A stretch of 56,660 nt of DNA from Candidatus Limnocylindrales bacterium (GTDB lineage Bacteria > Chloroflexota > Limnocylindria > Limnocylindrales > CSP1-4), in contig JBBQNA010000002.1 in the NCBI GenBank assembly GCA_038329515.1, positions 1-56,660 of the forward strand. Direction: 5' to 3'. The notes beneath the pieces are model-generated. The model was not told where the DNA came from. It saw only the letters and a program-made list of their open reading frames with translations, and did no database searches. How positions within the stretch are numbered: position 1 is the first letter of the stretch; every line of letters starts with the position of its first letter. Both the position numbers and the translations under genes were made by a program. Below are positions 36,329 to 44,375 of the stretch, in pieces.

Positions 36329-36858
36329 CAGGCGGCACCCGCGCCGGTCGCGGCGATGAGCGCGATGAGCCCCTGGCCGTACTCCACCGGATCACCCGGC
36401 TCGGTCACCAGCCGACCCACGACTCCATCCAAGGGCGCCACGACCTCCTTGCGCACACCCAGCACGTCGACCCAGCCGAGTACGTCACCGCGGTCGACGC
36501 GATGGCCGACGACGACACCCGCCCTGAGCGCGAAGTAGCCCACCGCGGTAGACCGGGCCACGGTCTGGTCGTTGGGGACGGCCGCAGCGGCCGATTGGCC
36601 GTTATTCGCAGTTCCAGCGCTCGACGTCGCGAGCGGGGCGCCCGGCGCGGCGTGGGCCGCACGCGCGGCATCGACCGGTGCACGGCGGATACGCACCCGC
36701 CAGGTGCCCCGGCGCACCTCGATCTCACCGAGGTCGCTGACGCCCAGGCGTGCCACGAGCGGTGGCAGCAGCTCGTCGACGACGCGCGCCAGCTCCGTCA
36801 GGCTGCCGGTGTCGCTGCCGGCTGCATCGCCGCGTGCCACCTGGATGATCTCACGCAT
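36328..36858 (-). CDS. BCCP-like biotinyl-domain protein lacking the biotinylation lysine
   Basis: BCCP-like N-terminus (..LGEIEVRRGTWRVRIRR..) and C-terminal barrel. The EAMK(M/L) position reads DVLGV (RGDVLGWVDVLGVRKEVVAPLDGVVGRLV vs [29 protein letters not shown] in E. coli BCCP). The stop shares 1 nt with the accC ATG. Confidence 0.7.
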   Translation of the reverse strand: MREIIQVARGDAAGSDTGSLTELARVVDELLPPLVARLGVSDLGEIEVRRGTWRVRIRRAPVDAARAAHAAPGAPLATSSAGTANNGQSAAAAVPNDQTVARSTAVGYFALRAGVVVGHRVDRGDVLGWVDVLGVRKEVVAPLDGVVGRLVTEPGDPVEYGQGLIALIAATGAGAA

Positions 36859-36861
36859 CGA

Positions 36862-37932
36862 TCAGATCTCCTCGTGGAGGGGTGGCTGGGGATCGATGTC
36901 CGTGTCGTCCCCCGTGGGCCGGGACCCCGTGGTCCGTGACGCGGCCGATGCATCCATGTCCCCATCCTGACGAGCGGGACGGGCGGGCGCGAGGAGCTCC
37001 CGAAGACGGTCGCCGACGCCCCTGCGAGGTCGTGGTGTGCGCACCACCGGGCCGACCAGCTGGACGCTCCCGATCTGGCGGTAGCGTCGATAGCGCGCCT
37101 CGACCAGGTCGGCCGGATCGCGTTCCACGAGGCGCTCCAGATGGCGCACCAGCACCTCACGTACGGCGCGGGCGGTCTGCTCCGGATCCTCATGCGCACC
37201 AGCCGCCGGCTCGGGCACCACCTCGTCCACGACACCCAGGGCCAGCTGGTCCGGGGCGGTCAGGCGCATCGCCACGGCCGCTTGCTGGGCCGCTTCCGGC
37301 GTGCGCCACAGGATGCTCGCGCAACCCTCGGGCGAGATGACGGAGTAGATGGCGTTCTCGAGCGCCAGCACGACATCACCGACCGCGATGGCGAGGGCGC
37401 CGCCCGATCCGCCTTCGCCCGTGATGACGGTCACGATGGGTACCCGGAGGCGGGTCATGAGGGCGATGGAGCTGGCGATGGCCTCGGCCTGGCCGCGCTC
37501 CTCTGAGGCAGCATCCGGAGAGGCGCCGGGCGTATCCACGAACGTGACCACCGGCAAGCCGAGGCGCTCCGCGAGTCGCATCAGGCGGATCGCCTTGCGG
37601 TAGCCGTCAGGATGGGGCATCCCGAAGTTGCGCCGGATGTTCTCCTCCACCTCGCCACCTTTCTGGTGGCCCAGGAACAGGATTCGCTGGCCGCCGAGGG
37701 TGGCGAATCCGCCCACCAGCGCCGCATCGTCACCGAATACCCGGTCGCCATGGAGCTCGATGACGTCCTCCGCCATGAGTCCCAGCAGCTCCAGGGTGTG
37801 CGGCCGGCGGACATTGCGGGCCAGCTGTACCCGGGCCCACACGCGCTCCCGGGTGCCGGCGTCATCTGCTGGCGGGGCGTCGAAGGTCGGCCGGGTCACG
37901 GTCCGGGCGGTCGTGCTCATGCCATCAGCCAT
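36862..37932 (-). CDS. accA: acetyl-CoA carboxylase carboxyltransferase alpha subunit
   Basis: Trimmed to the ATG at 37932 (MADGMSTT..), an 8-nt overlap with the accD stop. ...RNVRRPHTLELLG...LHGDRVFGDDAALVGGFA...NFGMPHPDGYRKAIRLMRLAERLGLPVVTFVDTPGA.... Confidence 0.9.
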   Translation of the reverse strand: MADGMSTTARTVTRPTFDAPPADDAGTRERVWARVQLARNVRRPHTLELLGLMAEDVIELHGDRVFGDDAALVGGFATLGGQRILFLGHQKGGEVEENIRRNFGMPHPDGYRKAIRLMRLAERLGLPVVTFVDTPGASPDAASEERGQAEAIASSIALMTRLRVPIVTVITGEGGSGGALAIAVGDVVLALENAIYSVISPEGCASILWRTPEAAQQAAVAMRLTAPDQLALGVVDEVVPEPAAGAHEDPEQTARAVREVLVRHLERLVERDPADLVEARYRRYRQIGSVQLVGPVVRTPRPRRGVGDRLRELLAPARPARQDGDMDASAASRTTGSRPTGDDTDIDPQPPLHEEI

Positions 37933-38860
37933 GGGCCGGACCTCGACCGTTGGTGCTGCTCGTGGCCCGCGGGGGCACTTCCCATGGCGCCCCGCCCGCG
38001 ACCATGGCCTCCGCGACCGGGAAGCTGCGACGCGTGGCAGGACGCAGGTAGGCGAGCAGGTCGATGAGCTCGGCGCGCAGCTCGGCGCGGGCCACGACAC
38101 GATCTACGAATCCGTGGCGGAACAGGAATTCCGAGCGCTGGAAGCCCTCTGGCAGTGCATCCCCGGTGGTCCCCGCGGCGACCCGCGAACCGGCAAAGCC
38201 GATGAGTGCGCCCGGCTCCGCGATGTTGACGTCACCGATTGCCGAGAACGACGCGAACACACCGCCCGTGGTCGGGTCCGTCATGAGGCTGATGTACGGC
38301 ACGCCCGCATCCGCAAGACGGGTGATGGCGGCGACGGTCCGCACCAGCTGCATCAGGGCCAGCGTCCCTTCCTGCATCCGGGCACCACCCGAGGCACTGA
38401 CCACGATGAGCGGCAACCGCTCGTCCAGGGCGTCCTCTGCCGCGCGCGTCACCTTCTCGCCGACGACCGAGCCCATCGAGCCGCCCATGAACGCGAAGTC
38501 CATGACCGCGAGGGACACGCTCGTGCCACCGATGCGCCCGATACCCCGCACGGCCGCATCGCGGCCACCGGTAGCCAGCTGGGCGGCCTCGAGGCGGTCG
38601 GGATAGGTCTTGCTGTCCACGAACCGGAGGGGATCCAGGGACGTGAGCCCTTCGTCGCGTTCCTCCCACGAACCCGGGTCGAGCAGCAGCGCCAGACGCG
38701 CCTCGATGCGCAGCCGGAAATGGTGACCGCAGTGGCCGCAGACGCGGAGGCTCTTCTCCAACTGCTTGTTGTAGAGCATCTCGGCGCACGACGGGCACTG
38801 CGTCCACAGATCCGGGGGGAACGAGTCCCGGCGCGGTCGGAAGGGCAGGTTGACGGGCAT
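37925..38860 (-). CDS. accD: acetyl-CoA carboxylase carboxyltransferase beta subunit (zinc ribbon)
   Basis: Trimmed to the ATG at 38860 (MPVNLPF..), which shares 1 nt with the upstream stop. ...WTQCPSCAEMLYNKQLEKSLRVCGHCGHHFR.... ...MDFAFMGGSMGSVVGEK.... Confidence 0.9.
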   Translation of the reverse strand: MPVNLPFRPRRDSFPPDLWTQCPSCAEMLYNKQLEKSLRVCGHCGHHFRLRIEARLALLLDPGSWEERDEGLTSLDPLRFVDSKTYPDRLEAAQLATGGRDAAVRGIGRIGGTSVSLAVMDFAFMGGSMGSVVGEKVTRAAEDALDERLPLIVVSASGGARMQEGTLALMQLVRTVAAITRLADAGVPYISLMTDPTTGGVFASFSAIGDVNIAEPGALIGFAGSRVAAGTTGDALPEGFQRSEFLFRHGFVDRVVARAELRAELIDLLAYLRPATRRSFPVAEAMVAGGAPWEVPPRATSSTNGRGPAHG

Positions 38861-39273
38861 CAGACCAGCCGCTCCCAGCGGGTACGGCGCCACACGACGA
38901 GTGCCGCGGCACCCGCCAGGGACGCGATGGACACACCTGATGCGATGGCACCGCCCACCAGGATCCCGCCCAGATGGCGGGCACGGGTGGGGTCCACGGG
39001 GAGGCCTGGCACGAATGGGACCAGGACACCCCGACCTGGCACCCCGACATCGGGGCCCGAAGCCACGTCACGGAGACGTGCCGCGAGCCGCTCCTCGAAC
39101 CGGAACGAGGGGTGGAAGCGGCCAGCACCGCTGGCCACGAGCCGGGCAGTGCGGGACAGGTCGACGTTCTCGGCGGTCATGGATGGGCTGGTGGTTGCTG
39201 CGCGGCCACCGGCGAGCACGTGGTCGAGGTACAGGTCCAGCTGGATGGCATCCTCGTCCGGGGAGCCGATCAC
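38860..39273 (-). CDS. putative anti-sigma factor (single C-terminal TM helix)
   Basis: A GTG start lies in a GTGA overlap with the sigma-factor stop. 137 aa. One TM helix, LGGILVGGAIASGVSIASLAGAAALVVW, near the C-terminus. The call rests on position and topology only. Confidence 0.5.
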   Translation of the reverse strand: MIGSPDEDAIQLDLYLDHVLAGGRAATTSPSMTAENVDLSRTARLVASGAGRFHPSFRFEERLAARLRDVASGPDVGVPGRGVLVPFVPGLPVDPTRARHLGGILVGGAIASGVSIASLAGAAALVVWRRTRWERLV

Positions 39274-39869
39274 GTACGCTCCCCGCCCAGCTCGTCCGCG
39301 ACGGCCCGCAACGCCCGGTGGATGAGCACCCGCACCGCACCCTCCGAGCGACCCAGGACCTCCCCGATCTCGCGCGCGGACATCTCGTCCACGAACCGGA
39401 GTGTCAACGCCTGGCGGCGGTCGCCTGGCAGGGTCTCGATGACCCGCCACGCTCGAGCAGCCTCGTCACGGGCCGCCACGGTGGCCGCGGGATCATCCGC
39501 AGCGGGTACGTCGAACGCAAGGTCCATGGGAACCTGGGGATGCCGCCGGACACGTCGCCGCTCATTGGCCAGGACGTTGCGGCAGATCTGGAACAACCAG
39601 GCACGGAAGGTGCTGCCTTCGTCCAGGCCACGGTCGTCGAAGCTCGGCAAGCCCCGGAGCGCCTGGAGGAACACCTGTTCGGTGACGTCCTCCGCGGCGT
39701 GATGGGCGCGTGTCTCGTAGAGGGCAAAACTGTACACTTGGGCCACGTACTTTCGATACAGGGTCTCGAATCGCAATGGGTCGCGTCGTGCCGCCTCGAC
39801 GGCCGGGCGATCCGCATCGAGCGGCAACGGGCGCGTGAACGCAGCTGCCTCTCTCCCCTTCCTGAACAC
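39270..39869 (-). CDS. ECF-type RNA polymerase sigma-70 family factor
   Basis: Region 2: ...FETLYRKYVAQVYSFALYETRAHHAAEDVTEQVFLQAL...FRAWLFQICRNVLANERRR. Region 4: ...RQALTLRFVDEMSAREIGEVLGRSEGAVRVLIHRAL. The start codon is uncertain. Confidence 0.85.
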   Translation of the reverse strand: MFRKGREAAAFTRPLPLDADRPAVEAARRDPLRFETLYRKYVAQVYSFALYETRAHHAAEDVTEQVFLQALRGLPSFDDRGLDEGSTFRAWLFQICRNVLANERRRVRRHPQVPMDLAFDVPAADDPAATVAARDEAARAWRVIETLPGDRRQALTLRFVDEMSAREIGEVLGRSEGAVRVLIHRALRAVADELGGERT

Positions 39870-39889
39870 CGCGGCAGTCTATCCGTTAC
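39865..39889 (-). promoter_or_regulatory. candidate ECF-type promoter (GTAAC-N17-GTT)
   Basis: The minus strand reads GTAAC ggatagactgccgcggt GTT, close to the GGAAC-N17-GTT ECF consensus. The -10 element overlaps the GTG at 39869, so using this promoter would imply a downstream start codon. Confidence 0.2.
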
Positions 39890-39939
39890 ACGCCCCCAGG
39901 CGCGTCCGGGGCACCGATCCGTGCGAGCAACGTCGCGCC

Positions 39940-40578
39940 CTACGGCGCCGGAGCTGGCGTCTGAGCGCCATCCTCGGTGATGGGCCCGATCAGATCGGTC
40001 ACGACATGGGGCCCGTACCGGCGCCGCAGGACCATCTCCGCATCGTCGTTCGGCCGGCGCAGACCCACCTCGACAGGGTTCCGGTCAAGGTCGGTGCCCA
40101 CGGTCGAGATCACGACACCGCGGCGCCGGAGCTTGCGCTCATCGAGGGTGATGACGCGCTGGATGGCGCGCAGTCCTGAGAGCGTGAGCTGCGCGGGCAG
40201 GATCTCGATGATCATCCCCGCCGGGGCAAGGCCCATGAGGGCAGCACTGTGAGCCTCCAGGTCCCCGGTGAACCAGAAGGTGGTCCGAAAGGGGCCCGTC
40301 CGTTGGTAGGCGACACCGGCGAAGTCGAGCTGCCCGGACGTGTACGCGATGGCCGCGTCCATGCCCGAGATGAGCGACTCCTGGCGGCAGCGTTCCGCTA
40401 GCACAGCAGGTGTTGGCTCGTCCCACGCAAGGTCCGGATAGACCGCGAGACGATCAGCCGGCACGCTGAGCGGGGATGGTCCGGCAGAAGGGCTGGGACC
40501 TTGCGCTACCGACGAGATCGGTTGCGTCGCGAGCGCCAGGACCAGGGCGGCCGACCCGCACCACTGGCGGAGCGACAT
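39940..40578 (-). CDS. secreted hypothetical protein
   Basis: Trimmed to the ATG at 40578 (an AGAGGTGA RBS lies 5 nt upstream). Signal peptide MSLRQWCGSAALVLALATQPISSVAQG. I recognise no family. Confidence 0.6.
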   Translation of the reverse strand: MSLRQWCGSAALVLALATQPISSVAQGPSPSAGPSPLSVPADRLAVYPDLAWDEPTPAVLAERCRQESLISGMDAAIAYTSGQLDFAGVAYQRTGPFRTTFWFTGDLEAHSAALMGLAPAGMIIEILPAQLTLSGLRAIQRVITLDERKLRRRGVVISTVGTDLDRNPVEVGLRRPNDDAEMVLRRRYGPHVVTDLIGPITEDGAQTPAPAP

Positions 40579-40582
40579 GGAC

Positions 40583-41458
40583 TCACCTCTTGCTGCGCGA
40601 CAGGCCCGGAAAGGCCACGATCCTGCATCGAGTGACGTCACCGGCATCGATGTGTGTCGTGTTCCCGTCGCCATCCGCAACGAGCAGTGCCCCGGAGTCG
40701 GGATCGACCCCCGTCGCAGCGGTGACGAGCCTCCCTCCGGGACCGTCCACCTCGACCTGGTGGCCGGTGGTCCTCTGGCGTGCCGACCACGCCCCGGAGT
40801 CGAAGCGACCCTGCCGGAGCGATTCGTAGCGCGGCTCGAGACGATCCAGCCAGGCGTCCAGCAGCACATCTCGGTCGATGGGCCGGCCGCCCGACAGTTC
40901 GCGCAGGCTGGTCATGGACGGTGCCAGGTCAGCCGGGAAGTCCGATGCTGACCAGTCGGCGTTGACACCGATGCCGATGACCGCGCTGGTCACCTCGTCA
41001 TCGCCGAGCACCGCCTCTCCCAGCACCCCCGCGACCTTGCGCAGCAACCCGTCGGGGCCGTCCGCGACGATGTCATTGGGCCACTTCAGCCCGAGCGCTG
41101 CGTCCTTGAGGCCTGCCACGTCCTCGGCAGCGTCGAGCATCGCGAGCGCGACCGTGGCGGCCAGTCGCCAGGCATGGATCGGCGCCAGGACCACCGGCCG
41201 GAAACCGGCGGACACCAGCAGGGCCGCGCCCTGCGGTGCCGTCCACGTGCGACCGAGGCGTCCCCACCCCCCTGTCTGCTCCCCTGCGACCGCGAGGCAC
41301 ACCTCGGGCGTGCCTCGCTCGAGCCAATCGCGGACGACGGGCTGGGTCGACTCGATGCTCTCGAAGCGTTCGATGTGCGAGATGAAGGGGCTGCTCACCC
41401 GGCAACCATACCGGGCCACGGGCCACGCGACCGTTGGCCGCTCACGGGGTCCGGGCAT
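40583..41458 (-). CDS. birA: biotin--[acetyl-CoA-carboxylase] ligase (no N-terminal HTH)
   Basis: ...GEQTGGWGRLGRTWTAPQGAAL... (GRGRxGRxW-type motif) and ...KWPNDIV.... The start could be the ATG at 41458 or the in-frame ATG at 41527 inside the repeat array. Confidence 0.85.
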   Translation of the reverse strand: MPGPRERPTVAWPVARYGCRVSSPFISHIERFESIESTQPVVRDWLERGTPEVCLAVAGEQTGGWGRLGRTWTAPQGAALLVSAGFRPVVLAPIHAWRLAATVALAMLDAAEDVAGLKDAALGLKWPNDIVADGPDGLLRKVAGVLGEAVLGDDEVTSAVIGIGVNADWSASDFPADLAPSMTSLRELSGGRPIDRDVLLDAWLDRLEPRYESLRQGRFDSGAWSARQRTTGHQVEVDGPGGRLVTAATGVDPDSGALLVADGDGNTTHIDAGDVTRCRIVAFPGLSRSKR

Positions 41459-41501
41459 GACACCGTCGGCCTGGTGGCCGGGCAGTGGCCCGCCCAGTCC
41501 C

Positions 41502-41593
41502 CATGCGCCCCGCCCGACGCACTTCATGCGCCCCGCCCGACCCACTTCATGCGCCCCGCCCGACCCACTTCATGCGCTGCGCCCGACGCACTT
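41502..41593. repeat. 23-bp tandem repeat x4 at the birA 5' end
   Basis: catgcgccccgcccgac(g/c)cactt at 41502, 41525 and 41548, then catgcgctgcgcccgacgcactt at 41571. Confidence 0.92.
41524..41573 (-). promoter_or_regulatory. two consecutive 8-codon mini-ORFs (MKWVGRGA*) chained by ATGA overlaps into an ATG in frame with birA
   Basis: The minus strand reads ATG AAG TGG GTC GGG CGG GGC GC(ATGA) twice. The third ATG (41527) reads MKCVGRGAWGLGGPLPGHQADGVMPGP..., in frame with birA. Confidence 0.45.
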
Positions 41594-41809
41594 CCGGATT
41601 CAGCGAACAGGGATCAGGGATCAGGCCTTGCGTCACCCTGCGGTGCGACGGGGTCGCGGCAAACGTCCCTCGGACCGTCAGGATCGCGCTGACACCGCAG
41701 ATCTGTCCAGTTCGGGCCTCCTCAACCTCCCCCATGACCTCCAGGATCTTCGACCGCAACGCCACACCCGCCGTCGCCGCCTCGTTCGTTCGTTGATACT
41801 GAAGATCGG
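41593..41809. repeat. spacer element bounded by imperfect inverted repeats (copy C, ~216 nt)
   Basis: Left end: tccggattcagcgaacaggg. The right end, cgttcgttcgttgatactgaagatcgg, has the reverse complement ccgatcttcag[tatcaa]cgaacgaacg. The element abuts the birA repeat array. Confidence 0.4.
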
Positions 41810-41981
41810 TCGGGCTGCGTGCCTCCGGGGATCGCCTCTGGATCCAGCCATCCCGATCAGGGAGGTAGCGGCCCCTCAGGCCAGCGATCCGCGAGCCAGG
41901 TCAGGCGTCGACCCCGCGCTCGCGTCGGCGCTGCCCCGGCCTCCCGAGTTCCCGGACATATGAGCGCCTTGGGAACCACTC

Positions 41982-42073
41982 GCCTGCCCGGCCCGGCCGC
42001 TCGCCCGCAGCGAGGGCCACGCTGCGAGGGCCACGCTGCGAGGGCCTGCCCGGCCCGGCCGCTCGCCCGCAGC
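41982..42073. repeat. two identical 30-mers flanking a 14-bp tandem repeat
   Basis: gcctgcccggcccggccgctcgcccgcagc at 41982 and 42044. Between them lies gagggccacgctgc x2 plus gagg (42012..42043). Confidence 0.9.
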
Positions 42074-42238
42074 AGACGCGCCAGGTCGCGCGTGGCGTGT
42101 CCGGCTGGGCAGGGCCCACACACGACGACGGCATCGCAGAGGGCGACGCTGGGTGAGGGGGCCGCACCCCGCGACCGGCGACCGGCGAGTGGTCGGCGGG
42201 GAGCGCATCTGTCCAGGTTTCGGCAGGCCGCGCAGCGC

Positions 42239-42264
42239 AGGCCACGCTGCGAGGGCCACGCTGC
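42239..42264. repeat. second occurrence of the 14-bp GAGGGCCACGCTGC tandem, 3' of the aspartokinase stop
   Basis: aggccacgctgc gagggccacgctgc, ending 11 nt before the lysC stop codon (42276..42278). Confidence 0.85.
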
Positions 42265-42275
42265 GCGGCCGAGGC

Positions 42276-43541
42276 TCAGGCGCCGACCCCGGCGCTCGCG
42301 GCGGCATCCTCGGGCTGCTCCAGCCGGAAGGCCCGATGGAGGGCGCGGGCCGCCTCCTCCACCTGGTCCTCGGCGATGATGCACGTGATGCGGATCTCCG
42401 AGGTGGAGATCATCTCGATGTTGACGCCGGCATCCGCGAGCGCCCCGAACATCTTCGCCGCATATCCCGGCGCATTGCCGATACCCGAGCCCACGATGGA
42501 CACCTTGGCGACCGCGGCATCCGTGGTCATGTCCGCGAAGCCCAGCTCCCGGACGATGGGGTCCAGCAGCCGCTTCGCCCGAGCCAGCTCCGTGGCCGGC
42601 ACGGTGAACGACAGGTCCGTGGTGCCCGCGTGTCCGACGTTCTGGACGATGAGGTCGATATTGATGCCCGACTCCGCCAGCGGGTCGAACACCGTACGCG
42701 CGATGCCCGGGCGGTCCGGCACCCCCACCAGGGTCACCTTGGCGACCTTGCGGTCGAGGGCCAGGCCGCGGACCTTCTCGCGCAGCTCCATGGGATCAAC
42801 CTCCTTGATGAGCGTGCCGGGATGGTCGGAGAACGTGGAGCGCACACCGATGACGACGTTGTTGACCCAGCCCAGCTCCACCGCCCGGGTCTGCATCACC
42901 TGGGCCCCCTGGTGGGCGAGCTCGAGCATCTCCTCGTACCCGATCACGGGCAGCAGCCGGGCATCCGGCACCACCCGCGGGTCCGCCGTGAAGATGCCCT
43001 CGACATCGGTATAGATCTCGCAGCGATCGGCCCCGAGGCGGGCCGCGAGCGCGACGGCAGTCGTATCCGAGCCGCCACGGCCGAGCGTGGTCACCTCACC
43101 CGTCCGGTGCGACTCATCCGTGGCGCCCTGGAAGCCGGCCACGATGACCACCTTGCCCGAGGCGATCTCGTCCTGGACCCGCACCGGGTCGACATTGGCG
43201 ATGCGGGCCCGGCCGTGGCTGGAATCGGTGCGGATGCCGGCCTGGGCGCCCGTCAGCGAGATGGCCGGCACGCCCAGGGATTGGAGCGCCATGGCCACGA
43301 GGGTGCCGCTCATGTGCTCGCCGGTGGCCAGCAGCAGGTCCATCTCCCGGGGGTCCGGGTCATCGGTGATGCGCGCCGCAAGCTCGAGGAGGTGATCGGT
43401 CGTGTCACCCATGGCGCTCACCACGACCACCAGGTCGGAGCCGGCGGTCCGCTCTCGGGCGATCCGACGCGCGACGTGCCGGATGCGGTCCGCGTCCGCG
43501 AGGGACGAACCGCCGTATTTCTGGACGACAAGCTGGGACAT
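42276..43541 (-). CDS. lysC: aspartate kinase
   Basis: Trimmed to the ATG at 43541 ([20 protein letters not shown]...). ...[12 protein letters not shown].... C-terminal ACT pair: ...[10 protein letters not shown].... Confidence 0.92.
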   Translation of the reverse strand: MSQLVVQKYGGSSLADADRIRHVARRIARERTAGSDLVVVVSAMGDTTDHLLELAARITDDPDPREMDLLLATGEHMSGTLVAMALQSLGVPAISLTGAQAGIRTDSSHGRARIANVDPVRVQDEIASGKVVIVAGFQGATDESHRTGEVTTLGRGGSDTTAVALAARLGADRCEIYTDVEGIFTADPRVVPDARLLPVIGYEEMLELAHQGAQVMQTRAVELGWVNNVVIGVRSTFSDHPGTLIKEVDPMELREKVRGLALDRKVAKVTLVGVPDRPGIARTVFDPLAESGINIDLIVQNVGHAGTTDLSFTVPATELARAKRLLDPIVRELGFADMTTDAAVAKVSIVGSGIGNAPGYAAKMFGALADAGVNIEMISTSEIRITCIIAEDQVEEAARALHRAFRLEQPEDAAASAGVGA

Positions 43542-43619
43542 GGCCCGATCGTAGCAAAGACGCCGGACAGGGCTGGTTGAGGTTGACACGACCAATACCA
43601 CTGTGGCAGGGTATGGGTC

Positions 43620-44375
43620 ATGAAGACCACAACCCAGCCGGAGCCGGCCCCGGAGGGCTATGACCCAGCGGCGTTCCCCTCGTTCGCGGTGACCGTGGAC
43701 GTGGTCATCCTGACCATGGGGGTCGGCGGTCTGCGGGTCCTGCTGGTGCGTCGCGGTGAGTCACCGTTCCAGGGCATGTGGGCCGTGCCGGGTGGCTTCA
43801 AGCGGCCATCGGAGTCCCTGGACGAGGCGGCCGCGCGTGAGCTTTCGGAGGAGACCGGCGTCGATGCCGCGAGCCTGCTGCATCAGTTCGGGGCGTATGG
43901 CGATCCCGGCCGCGATCCGCGCATGAACGTGGTCACCGTGGGCTATCTCGCGGTCGTCCGGGACGTCGGCCGACTCACGGCAGGGACCGATGCCGCGGTC
44001 GCCGCGCTGGTGCCCGTCACGGATATCCTCGACGGGACCCTCGAGCTCGCCTTCGACCATCGCCACATCGTGGGCGATGCCCTGGAGCGCGTCCGGTTGG
44101 ACCTGGGCTCGACGGGCATGGCCACCGCGTTCGTGGGCCCGACCTTCACGCTCGCCGAGCTGCGTGCCGTCTACGAGGCGGTCTGGGATATGCGCCTGGA
44201 TGCGGCCAACTTCCGGCGGCGCATCGCGACGGACGACGGCTGGGTGATCCCGACCGGACAGACCGTCCCCGCGGGGCCCGCCGGCGGCCGACCAGCCGAG
44301 CTCTATCGCGCCGGACCCGCATGGGATGCGGGCGCACCCATCCATCGAACACAGCGACGGGAGACCAGGCAATGA
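43620..44375 (+). CDS. Nudix hydrolase with a C-terminal winged-helix domain (NrtR-like)
   Basis: Nudix box [24 protein letters not shown]. The C-terminal ...[17 protein letters not shown]...[27 protein letters not shown]... resembles the NrtR DNA-binding domain. Confidence 0.7.
   Translation: MKTTTQPEPAPEGYDPAAFPSFAVTVDVVILTMGVGGLRVLLVRRGESPFQGMWAVPGGFKRPSESLDEAAARELSEETGVDAASLLHQFGAYGDPGRDPRMNVVTVGYLAVVRDVGRLTAGTDAAVAALVPVTDILDGTLELAFDHRHIVGDALERVRLDLGSTGMATAFVGPTFTLAELRAVYEAVWDMRLDAANFRRRIATDDGWVIPTGQTVPAGPAGGRPAELYRAGPAWDAGAPIHRTQRRETRQ

Noticed and set aside
41896-41905. CCAGGTCAGG, reminiscent of the conserved helix of bacterial SRP (4.5S) RNA.
   Set aside because: The flanking sequence lacks the GGAAG...AGCAG symmetric-loop motifs and a plausible closing helix. 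I treat it as a chance match in GC-rich DNA.
41982-42073. CRISPR-like periodicity: a 30-nt repeat, a 32-nt spacer, then a 30-nt repeat.
   Set aside because: There are only two repeat copies. The 'spacer' is itself a 14-bp tandem repeat. No third unit and no cas genes occur in the window.
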